From the NCBI RefSeq assembly GCF_006345805.1, contig NW_021832590.1, positions 186,001 through 250,000 of the forward strand: DNA of 64,000 nt, given 5' to 3'. The first letter of the stretch is position 1, and each line of letters opens with the position of its first letter. Positions 12,284 through 25,219 of this stretch are shown in pieces. A program made the translations under genes and the position numbers. The notes under the pieces were generated by a model. It was not told where the DNA came from. It searched no databases and saw nothing but the letters and a program-made list of their open reading frames with translations. This DNA comes from Octopus sinensis. Taxonomy: Eukaryota.

Positions 12284-14925
12284 TCAAATTGGCAAGTTCT
12301 GGGGCTCTTCTGGTATTGGAGGTGTTTTCGTCGGAAAAGTAATGTTGGAATACTCTACCAATCGAACCTGTATTTCAATATCCGTCCACGCCTCTAAGTC
12401 CTGATTGTACTCGTCACTTTCCATCTATTTTAATCTATTTAGAATTAACTTTCTTTCCCATAAGTATTCTTATTCCATCGGTCCACAAATCGTGCTCTTT
12501 CTTACTTGGAGCAACAAAAGAAATTTCCCCTTCATCGTCGTCAACAATTAATGTTATATATAAGTGGAAATTTGGCGGAAACTAATTTTTTTATTATTTT
12601 TATACTTTTTTGAAGTCTTGTGGGAAGCATTCTTTTCCAATCATTAGATTTTTAATATTAGATATATAAGCTAAATTGTATATGTATAGAATACCTTTTT
12701 TTGAAAGTTGTTCATAAGACCAGTCGGTCAATACTTGTGCACTGTATACATAATGAAGAATTTTTTTATTCATGGATAACCGAATAAAAAGATTTTTTTC
12801 TAAACAAAAAATATATAATAATTAACCTTTTAATCTATTTTTCGCATTTCTTGTAAATTGGGCTCCCTTATGCATATGGGAGATTCGATTGTCCTCTATG
12901 ACTCTTGTTATTTTTGGAGCAATTATGGTCCTCAATTCTCTCAAACATTCAAAAACAAAAAACACTTGACTGGAAAGGCCGAGGTTTGTATCTCTGCCAA
13001 AGCCTGTTCTTCCGCATTCCAAATTTTTGCAATTTCTGAGTACGGAAATGCATTGAGTTTTCTTTTTATGGTTTCAAACGAGTTCACGTTTTGACAGGAT
13101 CTCGTCAGTTGTTCCTTAAAGACCCGCATGACCTTAAATTAAAAGACAAAAAAGACATTTTTTGACTCACTGCTGGTGGCTTTCATGTCTTTCCAGTTCC
13201 GTAAATACACGTGGAGGCAGACATTAAAGAGCGAATATATCGAAAACTCACTGAAGGCTATTGCCAAAAATGCCTCTTGTGAATTGTCTGATTTTTGATT
13301 TATTTACAACCAACCTCTTTTATCAAGATTGAGAAACTCAAAAATGACTACTACGATATCGACGACATAATTCGAGAATGACAAGTCGTCGGTTTTTGGT
13401 GAGTAGTCGTACAAATACTACTATTTTTGGGTTGGAGGAGTGCCTTGATTAGAGGAATTGGATGCATCCGCGCATATCTTGTGAGACACTCCAGTGCCAG
13501 TCCTCCATATGGGGCGTCTTTGAAAGTCACAATGTCAAAGTAATCGTCCTGCAATAAAAAGACTGACAAAACCAGGTTTATGTTGCTCAGATTTGTGGAG
13601 TTTTTAGAATACGACGAGTTTTCCAGAGAGTCTGAAACCACTTTTTTGATTTTCTCAAATTTCTCTTTTAAAGTCTAAAACAATTTTTCTTCATAAAACG
13701 TTTCCGTCGAGAGTAAGTTCTGCGAGTTCCAATTCTGATTCGAAATAGAACTTTTGAAGAAAAACCAGTACGTCCGCGGTCTCGCTGGATATGTTGAGGT
13801 TATCGGTGATCACGACCTGTCATTCCTCACGCAACAGAGAACAAACCAAACTTCGAATCAAGTTTTCTTTGGACAAATCAACGATCGTCTAAACTCAATT
13901 TACAATCACACTTTTCGGTCTTCTTGATTTGACTTTATCAGCAAATTCTTGACAAATGTAATGATCAGAGTCAGAATGTGTTCTAAACCTGAAAAGGCAT
14001 TATTTTTATCTGCAAGTCCCAGTTTCAGACATCTATAACTGACTATGAAAATAATACTTTTGGGCTACCGAAAACGCGTCTTGAATAAAATCCGAGCAGT
14101 TCACCTCCATAATTCGAGCAGGACTAAATATAGCAATGTTCTTACTAATTAGTAAAGACCGTCAAGATCTCGACGCTGTATTTCATCAGCGACAAATTGG
14201 TCAGACAGGTCCTTGATTTTAAAGTCCCGGCGATCTATAGTTCAGGAGAAGAGTTGGTCACTTTGGTTATAATATTTTTATTTATTTTTTCGCATAATTT
14301 AAAGTCCACTTCGAGTACGTCTGAGATGATTCGAAGACAGATTCTATACTCTTCTTGAACACTGCCATTATTTAAAGAAATTACACATTTCTAGGCTTTT
14401 CAGGACGTTAAGGATTTCAGCAAATCCTCCGACTTTAAGGAAATATTTGACAGACTCGGCGTTCTCAAGGTAAGCCGAAATGTTTTCGAGTGCTGCAAGT
14501 TTTATATTTTTGTCGTTTTTTTTGAGGGTTTCAAGGTTTTGGCTGATTTGTTCTTCCTTGGAATAAGAAATAAAAGGACCATCGGAATCTCAAAGTGGAT
14601 GATATCTCCGTTTTGGACCATTTCTCTGTTCTACTCATATTTATATTTGAATTTATCGGGAATTAGCAAATTGACCTACTTTTTCGGTTATGAGAGTTTT
14701 GGTCTTTCCCATGAGAAAAAATTCGTAGGATTTGTAATTTTCAATGGACCAACTACACAGTTTAAACAAAAATGACAACTTTCGAGAGACGTCTCGTTTT
14801 AGTTCATTGATCTGCTGATTCTAAATCAGAAGTAAATGCTAATTATGTACGTCATTAATTCCAAGGAAAAGTGTGTTCCTGTTTTGGCATACAATAGCCA
14901 CTTTTGTGATTCCATCTTGGCTCAT
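12284..14925 (-). CDS. ELMO: Engulfment and cell motility protein (ELMO/CED-12), many micro-introns
   Basis: N-terminus MSQDGITKVAIV...CSWSIENYKSY...LITEK|NREMVQNG. Middle region: DAPYGGLALECL, NWKDMKATS, VMRVFKEQLTRS. PH/C-terminal region: ISFVAPSKKEHDLWTDGIRILMGKK|MESD...EIQVRLVEYSNI...PPIPEEP. Internal exon boundaries were not all traced. Confidence 0.88.
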
Positions 14926-15479
14926 TTTAGGTAATCCTTTAAAGAGATTATCTATTTATTTCATGTTAAATTTTTTTTATTTTATACTTTTTATTAAATT
15001 TTGTATTCAAATTATTTTTTTAGATATGGTAAACCTACAGAAAATTTTGAGAACTTTTTATTATATATGACCTACGCTGGCAACTAAGATGACCTACAAA
15101 CTTTACGGGGTGAACCGAATTCACCTTAATATGTCCATTTTATCAATTTGACAAACGATAATTACTAGCATTTAAAAAAACTTAACATTTTTAACTTTAT
15201 TCATAGTAATATTTTAGTTTCTTTTAAGAATTTGATTTAAATGTTATTAAAGACAACTAAAAATTAATCTTTTTTACTTTTCCTTTTTCCTCATATGGGA
15301 ATTCAATTAGTTCCTTGATAATTTAATTCAAGCCTAAATTTTAATATTTAATTATATTTCTTTTCCTATTTCCAAATCATATTCTGACTTCTGTATTCCC
15401 ATTTTTCATTCATTTAAAACAAAAATTCATATTTATTAATTTCTAAAAACAAATATATCGTATATTTATTAAGTTAATC

Positions 15480-17216
15480 CAGTGATTCTCAAGTGCGGCC
15501 CCTGGGGCCGCATGCGGCCCCTAGGATTTAATTTGCGGCCCCTAGGTTTTATAAATGTTTTATTTTTTAATTTAATATTTTTAAATTTTATGAATAAAAA
15601 AATGTCACGTTTTTTATTTGTTGTTGTGATGTCTGATTCTAAACGTTGTCGAAAACTTTCCGAGGAAAATAGGATTTTTCAACACATCTGGGAAGAAAAA
15701 TATTTCATTATTGAGATCAATGGAAAGGCTCTTTGCCTAATATGCCATTCTATTATTGCAACTCTAAAAACGTATACAATCGAACGGCACTACCGTTTCC
15801 ACTCTATTCTTTATGACAAATTCACTGGTGTTTCTCGGACGAAAATTCTTTTGCGCTTGATTGTTCCAAAGATATTTCAGATATCGAACAATTAGTAGTG
15901 TTTATAAGGGGAGTAACATCTGACTTTCGAGTATACGAAGAATTTTTTTCATTGAATTCACTTCACGGAGAAACTAAAGGAACACAGATTTTTTCTCCAA
16001 TTGTGAAATTAATTGAAGATTATCAACTGGATCCAAAAAAATTAGTTTCAATTTCAACTGATGGAGCCCCTTATATGATTGGCAGTAAAACTGGTTTTCG
16101 TGGACGTATGAATAAATGGAGGTGTGATAATAACTGGACTCCAGTATTATGGCATCATTGCATTATTCATCAGGAAAACCTAATTTCCAAAAATATTAAA
16201 ATGGAAAATGTTTCTGAAGTAGTGATAAAAATTATCAATTGGATTCGGGCGAACGCCTTGAATCACCGAAAATTAAAACATTTTTAACTGAAACCGATTC
16301 GGATTATGGCGATGTCCTTCTTTTCTCAGTAGTAAGATGGTTAAGCCGTAGCTCTTGTCTCAAAAGGTTAATTTCTTTTATATTTAGATTTTATCAACTT
16401 CTCCCTGAAATTATTTTATTCACTGAAAATAAAGTGGACAATGCATTATTGAAAGACAATAGATGGGTAGCAGATTTAGCATTTTATGTGGATCTATCGG
16501 TGCATCTGTCTGCCCTAAATGTCGAACTACAAGGGGAAAATAAGCTAAATTATCAAATTTATGGATATATAAATGCCTTCGTTAAGAAATTAATTTTATG
16601 GAAAGCGCAGATATCAAATAATGATTACACACATTTTCCTTATTTGTCAGAAAATTCCGAAAGTGGCTCAACTGATAAATATTTAAAAATAATTGAAGAT
16701 TTAAATTTGCAATTTGATGCAAGATTTCAGGTTTTTAGTATTTAATTTAAGCTGACAGAGCTTTAAAGAAGGTGCAAATTCAATGAGATTATTTGCATCT
16801 CCATTAATTATGAAAAGTGAGGAGGTTTCCGGGATTTACCAACTGGAATTGATTGATTTGCAAAATGATGTTGAACTGAAAAGTTTGTTCAACAACATTT
16901 CAATAATTGACTTTTATTCGAGAATTCCAGAGAACCGATTTCCGAATTTAGTCAATAATGCAAAGAAAAATTTAGCAATGTTTGGATCAACATATGTCTG
17001 CGAATCGACATTTAGTAAACTCGTTCGAATTAAAACAAAGTTTCGCAGCAGATTGACTGATACTCATCTGAGTGATTTGTTACGTACTTCAACAAGTAGA
17101 ATTAAACCTAATTTTGATTATTTGGTTAATAAATAATTCTTAAAAATTATTTGCGGCCCCTGTAAATTTTTTTTTTTAATTTGCGGCCCCTGAGCAAAAA
17201 AGCTTGAGAATCACTG
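15480..17216 (+). mobile_element. hAT (Buster/SPIN, GTF2IRD2-like) DNA transposon; internally deleted, one frameshift, two micro-introns
   Basis: Perfect 14-bp TIR CAGTGATTCTCAAG. 8-bp TSD AGTTAATC (15472-15479 and 17217-17224). Motifs ALCLICH, STDGAPYMIG, HCIIHQENL, VRWLSR and FGSTYVCESTFS. Introns at 16367-16387 and 16731-16758. Confidence 0.95.
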
Positions 17217-17329
17217 AGTTAATCTTAAAGAAACGATGCCTCATTATTTTCATTTAAATTATAAGTAAGATAAACCTGGTATTTCATGAATCACGTGTTA
17301 ATCCCAAAAATACGTCTTTATTTGTTCTA

Positions 17330-17990
17330 ACATCAATATGATCAGTCTGGAATCTTTTATTTGGATTTCTTGCTGTTACGTGGTGATTCGAATTGGATAC
17401 CTAAATTCACATCAAAGAAACGTAAATTAATTAAAGTGAAGAAGTATCTTATCCAGAAAATATTGGTTCCAGCTTCCTACTGTTCCCCTCCAATCCGCTT
17501 TCCTCTGCCAGACTCATGGACCGGGATAAAGCGTCCGTGTCCTCGACAGGTTCTATTGATGTCTTATGATGGCTACTTTCTCCATTCAGTCGTTCATTGC
17601 TTGCCCCAACATTCATTGAAATACTTGTTACGTGATTCGTCGCTGAGACTTTGTATACCGGACGCATTCTTTAATCTCGATCGTCTGAACATAAGCAAGA
17701 GTTGAATCCTCGACTTTTAGAGAGTTTTGGTAATGCTTGTAATATTTAGATACTATTGTATCCCATGTGAGAACCAGTGGTACGACGTTCACATTTGGAT
17801 TGTGAATTAACTTCAATTCGCTTGTGAAGAGATCGTATTTATCTAATTTCTCGACTTCTACATGCTTAAAAAATTGTTGAAAAACAATCCCAACTTCGAT
17901 GAGCGTAATGATGTCCAAATGGTCTCTCAAAGTAAATGAAGATAAAACAGAATTAACCACTATTGAACAAATGCCCACCCGCGTGGATTA
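17330..17990 (-). mobile_element. Degenerate non-LTR retrotransposon 3' fragment with restriction-like endonuclease (R2/NeSL-like)
   Basis: DIITLIEVGI...VEVEKLDKYDLFTSEL...VVPLVLTWDTIVSKY in ORF 17628-17978. Confidence 0.6.
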
Positions 17991-18660
17991 AAAGTGAAGG
18001 AACACCAGTAAACTCGGATTTTTATTTGGCGACTCAAAAAGATATTACACGACTGAAGATCTTAGCCACAATAGCATTCAAACAATTAAAATCGATTTTA
18101 TTGTTAAAATAACAAATTCCTGCGAAGATGCAGCTGCGTTTGTCCAACCAGTCCACATGTACAACGCAGGCACTTGGGGAACGTCAAAAAAGACATGAAA
18201 CAACTCGACTCTTTTTATAAAGACCAACTAAAAATTTTTTTGGTTATTCTTGACAAAAGACAATTCCGAACAAAAAATTATACAGGCTGACTGAATGTGT
18301 ACCTATGAGTCTGGATGTTATTGATGCTCGTTGGTGCCTCTTTAATCATATTTTACAGATTAATGAAGAAACACTTTGCAATGCAACCATGGAAGAATTT
18401 TTCTGCCATAATGAATATCCAACTTATAGAGGACGTCGAAGGAGATGTCTTCCAAGACACTTGCGGATGATTATGGTGTCATCGGGGGTCAATTGAAGGA
18501 CGCTGATGATCTGGACAAAATCAGAAGACGAGAAAGACAAAAAAACGGATGGAAAAGACTAACAACAAGAATAGTTAAAAACATGGCACATGCAAAACAT
18601 AAACACTGTTTATTAGTAACGCAAACATGCATTAACTAACTAAATAACTAAATCAATGCC
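17990..18660 (+). mobile_element. Degenerate RTE-clade LINE 3' fragment
   Basis: VQPVHMYNAGTWG, ARWCLFNHILQ, YRGRRRR and LKDADDLD match the RTE C-terminus at 37915-38451. Confidence 0.7.
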
Positions 18661-18904
18661 GAAAAAAGAAGTCAAAAGGCCTTTCTTTTGTAGTTTTGTG
18701 GACGGATTTATTGTAGTCTTTTGCTATTTTTCGACGCACGTTTTATAGAATCCAAAATTTCCATTCGATGCATTCGTGGATGAGATCCATCGTTTTCGAA
18801 ATTGATTAATTTTATTGAAACTAAACACAAAAATATTTACCCCTGTATTCACCCAACTCCTGAAATCGACTAAGACTGCACAGCCATGTGAGATATAGTC
18901 GTTT

Positions 18905-19779
18905 CCTCTGTCTGTATTCCAACTTCAGCTATTTTCGTAACTCTTGGAACGTTCCACCCTGCCCATGGCTTCAAGGCTGAATTTTTTATGTCTCCTTGGT
19001 ATTTTTTGGCATTCTTCGAAGCTTCATTTAACAGTTTCTGCATCAATATTTTCCCATTTTCAGTTTTGAAGTTTCTTTAGAAAAATCCTGGCATCGATTG
19101 CACTGAACTTCGGGTTTTCTGTACCACTCGGCCTTTACATCGAAAACCCGATCTTTAGCCCCAATCGTACAAGCAACTGAGCTTCTCCATGATCAGAAGT
19201 TACTATTATAAAGATAGACAGTCTCACTCACTTTCTCTCACAGCGTTTGAGAGTGATTTTTTCGACATAAAGACGTTCACCTACACGAGAAATTGAACTA
19301 AAATTTTTCTCCAAAATGGTGACCGGTGATGGTGAATCTTTGTTTCTTCACTGGTCAAATCGGGCTTTGTTTCTTTCTGTGTCTAATTGTGGGCAATCCT
19401 CATGCATTTTGTTGCGGAAAAGTTAACAATTCTAAAAGACTTTTCTCTCTCTTGCATATTGAGTCGGAGTAGATTTTCTGAGTACTTCACGTTAAGTGAA
19501 ATTGTCAGGAGAACCCTGGATTTAACAGGCTTTTGCTCTTCTTTTACATTATAAATTCTTCAATATAAAAATGAATATTTAGCATTTGAATTTATAGGGT
19601 TTCTCGATCTATTTCGAATTTGTCACAACCAAAATCAGATTTGTTGCAATCAAATCAGATTTATCAATATAAAAATGAATATTTAGCATTTGAATTTATA
19701 TCTTTTGATAATAGACCATATCGCTTACTGTTTAATAAATCATTATCAAATAATGCAATAAAACTGTCCAAATTGTTGG
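18905..19779 (-). repeat. 875-bp direct repeat, copy 1 (possible decayed gag/zinc-knuckle/protease)
   Basis: Aligns without net indels to 22144-23018 (offset 3239). The minus strand shows a broken C..H..C knuckle-like motif and a D-S-x-S-P-V-T-I-L protease-like motif; the product call is weak. Confidence 0.85.
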
Positions 19780-20419
19780 GAATAAAGAGAATATTCTCAT
19801 TGGGCAGCAAACGCTTGACTCTGAACAAAGGAGATGTTATGGTCCGATTCGGAATGACTGATAGCTTATCAAAAATAACTGGTATTTGTTTCTTTGTTTA
19901 GTATCGACAAAAATTTATCGAAAAAATAAAAAACTACATTTGCAAGACAACTCGTCTAGGCACAAGTTGTCTTGACTCCCCAAATAAAAAATTTAATTTG
20001 ACATTTATTTCTTGTAGCATTCTATATAATTTAGATAGAATTTAAGTTTAAATTTCTTAGGAGAACCGCCCCAAAAATCATATAAACTATAAACAAATTT
20101 ACAAATTAGTTACTCAAAAAAAAAACATAATCCGAATTTCTAATAAGAATTAGAGTTAAATATTTAATAAAAGCTAAAATACAAATAATAATATATTAAA
20201 TTGTAGACAGCATTACTAACCAGCTAAGAGTTGGCAACGATAGCTGTCAATAATATAGCATATTTTCGACCATCATTAAATAAAATGAAGGAGATCTATA
20301 TGCATAAAAGTTAAACATGACAAGCACACTAAACATAAAACATAACACGTGAAAAACATTATAAAACATTTAAATAATTAAAAAACATATTTTAATAAAA
20401 TAAATTAAAAAATAATTTG

Positions 20420-22143
20420 TCAGAAGAAGAATATGGTTTATTTAATACAATAGGTCCAAAAGAAAAGTGGCCGAGGAATTAGAGCTTAGGGGGCTTGATA
20501 ACGAAAGCCACGAAGGTCTCAACTTCGGTTTTGCCCCAGGAGACTGTCTTATCTCCCTCAGCGAGTTCGAGTTTTTGCCAGGATCGCGTCAATCGTGTCA
20601 ACACTCCGCTCATGCAGGTCTTCCAGCGGACTGCTAAGCTCCAGGCCGAATGCCAGTTTGATGGCAAATCGTCTGGTTTTTTCGAGTTTGGCGATTAGAA
20701 GGTCCCTTTCATCAGTTTGGTACCAGCCCTCCGAGCCATAGATTATTAGTGGCTGAACACAAGTCTGGTAGATGTGTAGAAACGTTTCTGCGCTTATACA
20801 AAAACGCCTCAGTCCTTTTAGGATTTTCGTTCCTTGTTTCCGCTTTGCATGCACATGGGGTTTGTATGACCCGGTGGGGTCTATAGTTACTCCCAGGTAA
20901 CGTAGGTTCTTCGATATAATCAGGTTCCATAATTCTCGAAAGTCGGTTTTTTGTCACGACCCATTGAAATCCAACAAATGGTACTTTTGTCCAGAGCGAG
21001 ATTCAAGCCTTTACCATTGCACCAGATTTCAAGTTCCTCCAAGTACGGTTCTAGTCTGCTCCAGGACAGCCTTCTTCTGTGTCGGGGTCCCCACATCGAG
21101 ACATCCGTAACCAAGATATCGTCCGCGTAGATAATTAGTCTGCTCGTAGGAAAATGTGGTTTCGGGACGTCGGCCAGAAATATATTAAGAGCAAGGGGCT
21201 GAGAACCGATCCCCGAGGAACACCTCTCCTCAGATTCACGGCCTTCGATAGCAAATTTCCACAACGAATGAACGATTTTCTCTCGCACAAGAAGTCCTTA
21301 AGCCATCTGACAGTTTTTCGCCCAGCACCCAACTCCGCTACTTTATCTAACAACCCCAAGTGCCAGACACTGTCAAAGGCCTTGCAGACGTCCAGGCAGA
21401 CCGCCGTTAGGCAGGCTTTATGTTGTTTGGCCCGAGTCAGTTCTTCCTCAAGAAGCGAGAAACAGTGACCGGTTGATCGACCAGGTCTAAAACCCCACTG
21501 TTCCTCCGCGAGTATATTATTTTGTTCCACGTAAGCCGATAAACGATTGAAAATAATTCTTTCCATTATCCTCGACGTTGTGCAGATAAGGCTAATTGGC
21601 CTATAACTTCCTGCCTGCGTATTTGGTTTTCCAGGTTTTGGGATCATTCGGACGATTGTTCGTTTCCAGCTAGGTGGGACGTGACCATTGTCCCAACTGG
21701 CATTGAATAGTTTTACCAGAATACAAAGCAAGCATCCGGGTGCCTTCTTGAACACCTCCATAGGGATGAAGTCAAATCCAGGAGCGTTGTTCTTGCAACC
21801 TCTGATTGCTTCGAACGTCTCATCCGTGGTTATTTCTCTGCACAAGGGTCCATCCAAAACAAGCTCTGTCCAGTGTCACCAGGCAAGTATTTCTTGGGCA
21901 TCCGCGGAAACAACGGCCGTCAGTTACGAAATATTCTTCCATAGCAGTTTTTCCCGATACCTCCAGATCCATTTTTAGGATGTGTCTGAAAGGCCTTCAA
22001 TTGCATTCAGTAATTTCGGCTTGCTTGATGTTCTTGCATGAACTGTTTTACTGCTGTGCCTCGAATGTCAATTGGAGACTAGAGTACGCCGAAGTTGGTC
22101 TCTATGGAAGGAATCTAGATTCAAATTATCCGTTTCAGAAAGA
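20420..22143 (-). mobile_element. 5'-truncated I/Jockey-like LINE (RT domain, frameshifted)
   Basis: APGFDFIP, IPKPGKP, YRPISL, EQWGFRPGRST, LDVCKAFDSVWH, GVPRGSVLSPLL, IYADD. Confidence 0.88.
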
Positions 22144-23018
22144 CCTCTGACTGTATTCCAACTTCAGCTGTTTTCGTAACTCTTGGAACGTTCCATCCTG
22201 CCCATGGCTTCAAGGCTGAATTTTTTATGTCTGCTTGGTATTTTTTAGCATGTTTCGAAGCTTTATTTCACAGTTTTTGCATCAATATTTCCCCATTTTC
22301 AGTTTTGAAGCTTCTTTAGAAAAACCCTGGCATCGATTGCACTGAACCTCGGGTTTTCTGTACCACTCGGCCTTTACATCGAAAACCCGATCTTTAGCCC
22401 CAATTGTACAAGCAACTGAGCTTCTCCATGATCAGAAGTTACCATTATAAAGATAGACAGTCTCATTCACTTTCTCTCACAGCGTTTGAGAGTGATTTTT
22501 TCGACATAAAGACGTTCACCTACACGAGAAATTGAACTAAAATTTTTCTCCAAAATGGTGACCGGGAAGGTATAATCTTTGTTTCTTCACTGGTCAAATC
22601 GGGCTTTGCCTCTTTCTGTGTCTAATTTTGGGCAATCTTCATGGATTTTGTTGCGGAAAAGTTAACAATTCTAAAAGACTTTTCTCTCTCTTGCATATTG
22701 AGTCGGAGTAGATTTTCTGAGTACTTCACGTTAAGTGAAATTGTCAGGAGAACCCTGGATTTAACAGGCTTTTGCTCTTCTTTTACATTATAAATTCTTC
22801 AATATAAAAATGAATATTTAGCATTTGAATTTATAGGGTTTCTCGATCTATTTCGAATTTGTCACAACCAAAATCAGATTTGTTGCAATCAAATCAGATT
22901 TATCAATATAAAAATGAATATTTAGCATTTGAATTTATATCTTTTGATAATAGACCATATCGCTTACTGTTTAATAAATCATTATCAAATAATGCAATAA
23001 AACTGTCCAAATTGTTGG
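22144..23018 (-). repeat. 875-bp direct repeat, copy 2
   Basis: Partner of 18905-19779. Confidence 0.85.
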
Positions 23019-23198
23019 ATCATCTCAGGAGATAACATTTAGATAAAAAAGATAGAAGCAATTTGAAAAATTAAATGATTCCCTTTGTAAAAAACGATTG
23101 AAATTGTTTAATGAAAAACAATAGTTGTTACTATTAAAAATAATTAATTTAGTAATTTGTAATTATTAAAAAATTAATTCAAAATAAATTGACGTGTA

Positions 23199-23891
23199 AT
23201 GGGTTTATGTAGTTGTGAACACAGCAAAGTAACCAATCTTTTTTGCTTTGAACATCGAAAAAATGTATGCGATAACTGTATCATAACAGAACACCAGAAA
23301 GTAAAATATTAATATACATTTCTTAAGTGTATAGTCCACACCTATGCAGATTGGATTAAGGACAGCGACCACGAGACAATCTGCACTCTTTGTCGAACAC
23401 AATTCAACGACCAACCTTTAATCCGACTTCCCTGTTATGGTATGTCTATATTTTTTATTTAGACCTTTTCCATGCGTCATGTATTGATAAATATTGGCAA
23501 AATTTTCCCTCTTGGACTGCCCCTGCTGGATATATATGTCCTCTCTGTTCGTCCTCTGTTTTCTCGGTTCCAAATCCGTCTTATGTTTATGATTCCTTCA
23601 TATCCACTATGAGCCAGTTTCCTTGTGCAGCACGTGTCCTTTCTGTGGTTCAAAAAGTATTTTTTGGTTGTTGTTTGTCAGACATCTTCGTTAAAGAGTG
23701 AGACGGATTCGCCTATTTCGATTAAGCTTCCAGAACATTCTAGAAGTTTCCAGAAAGGTGTGAAGTCTCGCCGTTTGTTTCTGATGAGTTATTTTTTCGG
23801 TCGGATGTGCCCTTTTCAAACCAGTAAGCTGATTTGTGGCATAATTGCTGCATGTGTGGTTTGTGGAATTATTATATTTTATTTAAAATAA
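23199..23891 (+). CDS. ZFPL1: Zinc finger protein-like 1 (B-box-like domain, RING, C-terminal TM); introns 23301-23327, 23440-23462, 23657-23681
   Basis: [34 protein letters not shown]|[14 protein letters not shown]...CYD|LFHASC...[11 protein letters not shown], followed by a hydrophobic C-terminus. Confidence 0.93.
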
Positions 23892-24224
23892 TAATAAAAT
23901 ATTTTGGTACATTATTTTGAATTTGTCAGTAAAATTAAGGTTGAATTGACCGACTAATTTTTATTTAGATGAAAATTAAATTTTTATGAATAGATGACCA
24001 TCGAATTATTTAATGCTAATAGATAATATGTCACATGCCCTGTTCGTTACCATGCCCCGCTCGTTACCATTGCTCTAAATTTTTAAAATTTCAATTTAAA
24101 ATATTTAAATGATTGAAATATATTTACTTATTAATTTAAAAATTAATAATATTATGGATTTATTTTTCAATGCTTAACCATTATCATTAAAAAACAATAA
24201 ATTAAGCATGCTGTTTTATCTCAT

Positions 24225-24386
24225 GGTTATGGTTAGGGTATAGGTTAGGGTATAGGTTAGGGTTGGGTGGAGAAGGTTAGGTTTGGGTGAAGGTTAGGGT
24301 TTGGGTGAAGGTTAGGGTTTGGGTGAAGGTTAGGGTTTGGGTGAAGGTTAGGGTGAAGGTTCGGGAATTGGTTGGGTTTAGGGTTT
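24225..24386 (+). repeat. Telomere-like G-rich array (8 TTAGGG in 12- and 18-bp units such as GGTTAGGGTTTGGGTGAA)
   Basis: Read directly from the sequence; all G-runs are on the + strand. Confidence 0.95.
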
Positions 24387-24639
24387 GAAAAAATTTAAAG
24401 TAGAATTTTCGAATGGAGATACAAAGATTGTTCACATGAAAAGAATCAAAAAAGGACAAATTTAATTTTTCGTTTTAAACTTCAGATCTATATATGATTT
24501 TAAACTAAAAAACTGGATAAAGTTTGAGTTTTTTATAAGAGATCTACAGATGATTTTAAACCTTTATCTTTTTACATTTCAAAAAATGTTTTAAATAAAA
24601 CTAAAAATTGGTTAGAGTTAATTATAAAACTATCAAATT

Positions 24640-24990
24640 GCAATTCGAGACCGATCTCTATGGACATCCTGGAGTCCAGATGGCGACTCTTTGGACACAT
24701 ATTAAGACTTGACAGCCTCACTCCGCCGAATATCGCGATGGAAAACTACTTTGCCCATTCCAAAGGAGACTTCCGTGGAAGACCCAGGGTCACTCTGGCT
24801 ACCACGCTAAATGAAGATCTAGCTGGAATTAATAAAAACTGAAAAATGGCGATGATCTCGACTCACTCAGGACGATCGCAACTGACCGGAGAGCCTGGAG
24901 ACGCATGACCGGGAGAATTTCAATGGTGGCACAAGGAAAGCTTAATAACTTATGACTTTTCCGAAAGTGCTTTATAATAATAATAATAAA
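24640..24990 (+). mobile_element. RTE LINE 3' fragment with (TAA)n tail
   Basis: PISMDILESRWRLFGHILRLD...FRGRPRVTLATTL, ending in TAATAATAATAATAA. Confidence 0.8.
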
Positions 24991-25219
24991 TTATGTGCTT
25001 TAAAGCGTTTCACACAATTCACATTTTTAAAATATGTTTTAATGTGCTTATCAGTCAAAATGGTTTGTTGTATAAAAATATTATTTTAATTTATTTGTTT
25101 TAAAGCATCTTTTAGTATATCATTAAATTGTACTCTAATTAACCTAATATATAGGTTGAATTTTATTCGTGTGATGATTATTAATTTTTCTAAAAAATTG
25201 AAAAATCATTAATCAATTA

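Noticed and set aside
18905-23018. The 875-bp repeats as the LTR pair of one retrotransposon
   Set aside because: There are no TG...CA ends, TSD, PBS or PPT; the enclosed RT is non-LTR type; and the repeat itself looks like decayed coding sequence.
24225-24386. A true chromosome end
   Set aside because: The array is short, degenerate, internal and enclosed by a TIR pair with a TSD.
24277-24459. ORF with TLTFTQ repeats
   Set aside because: It is the antisense translation of the telomere-like array.
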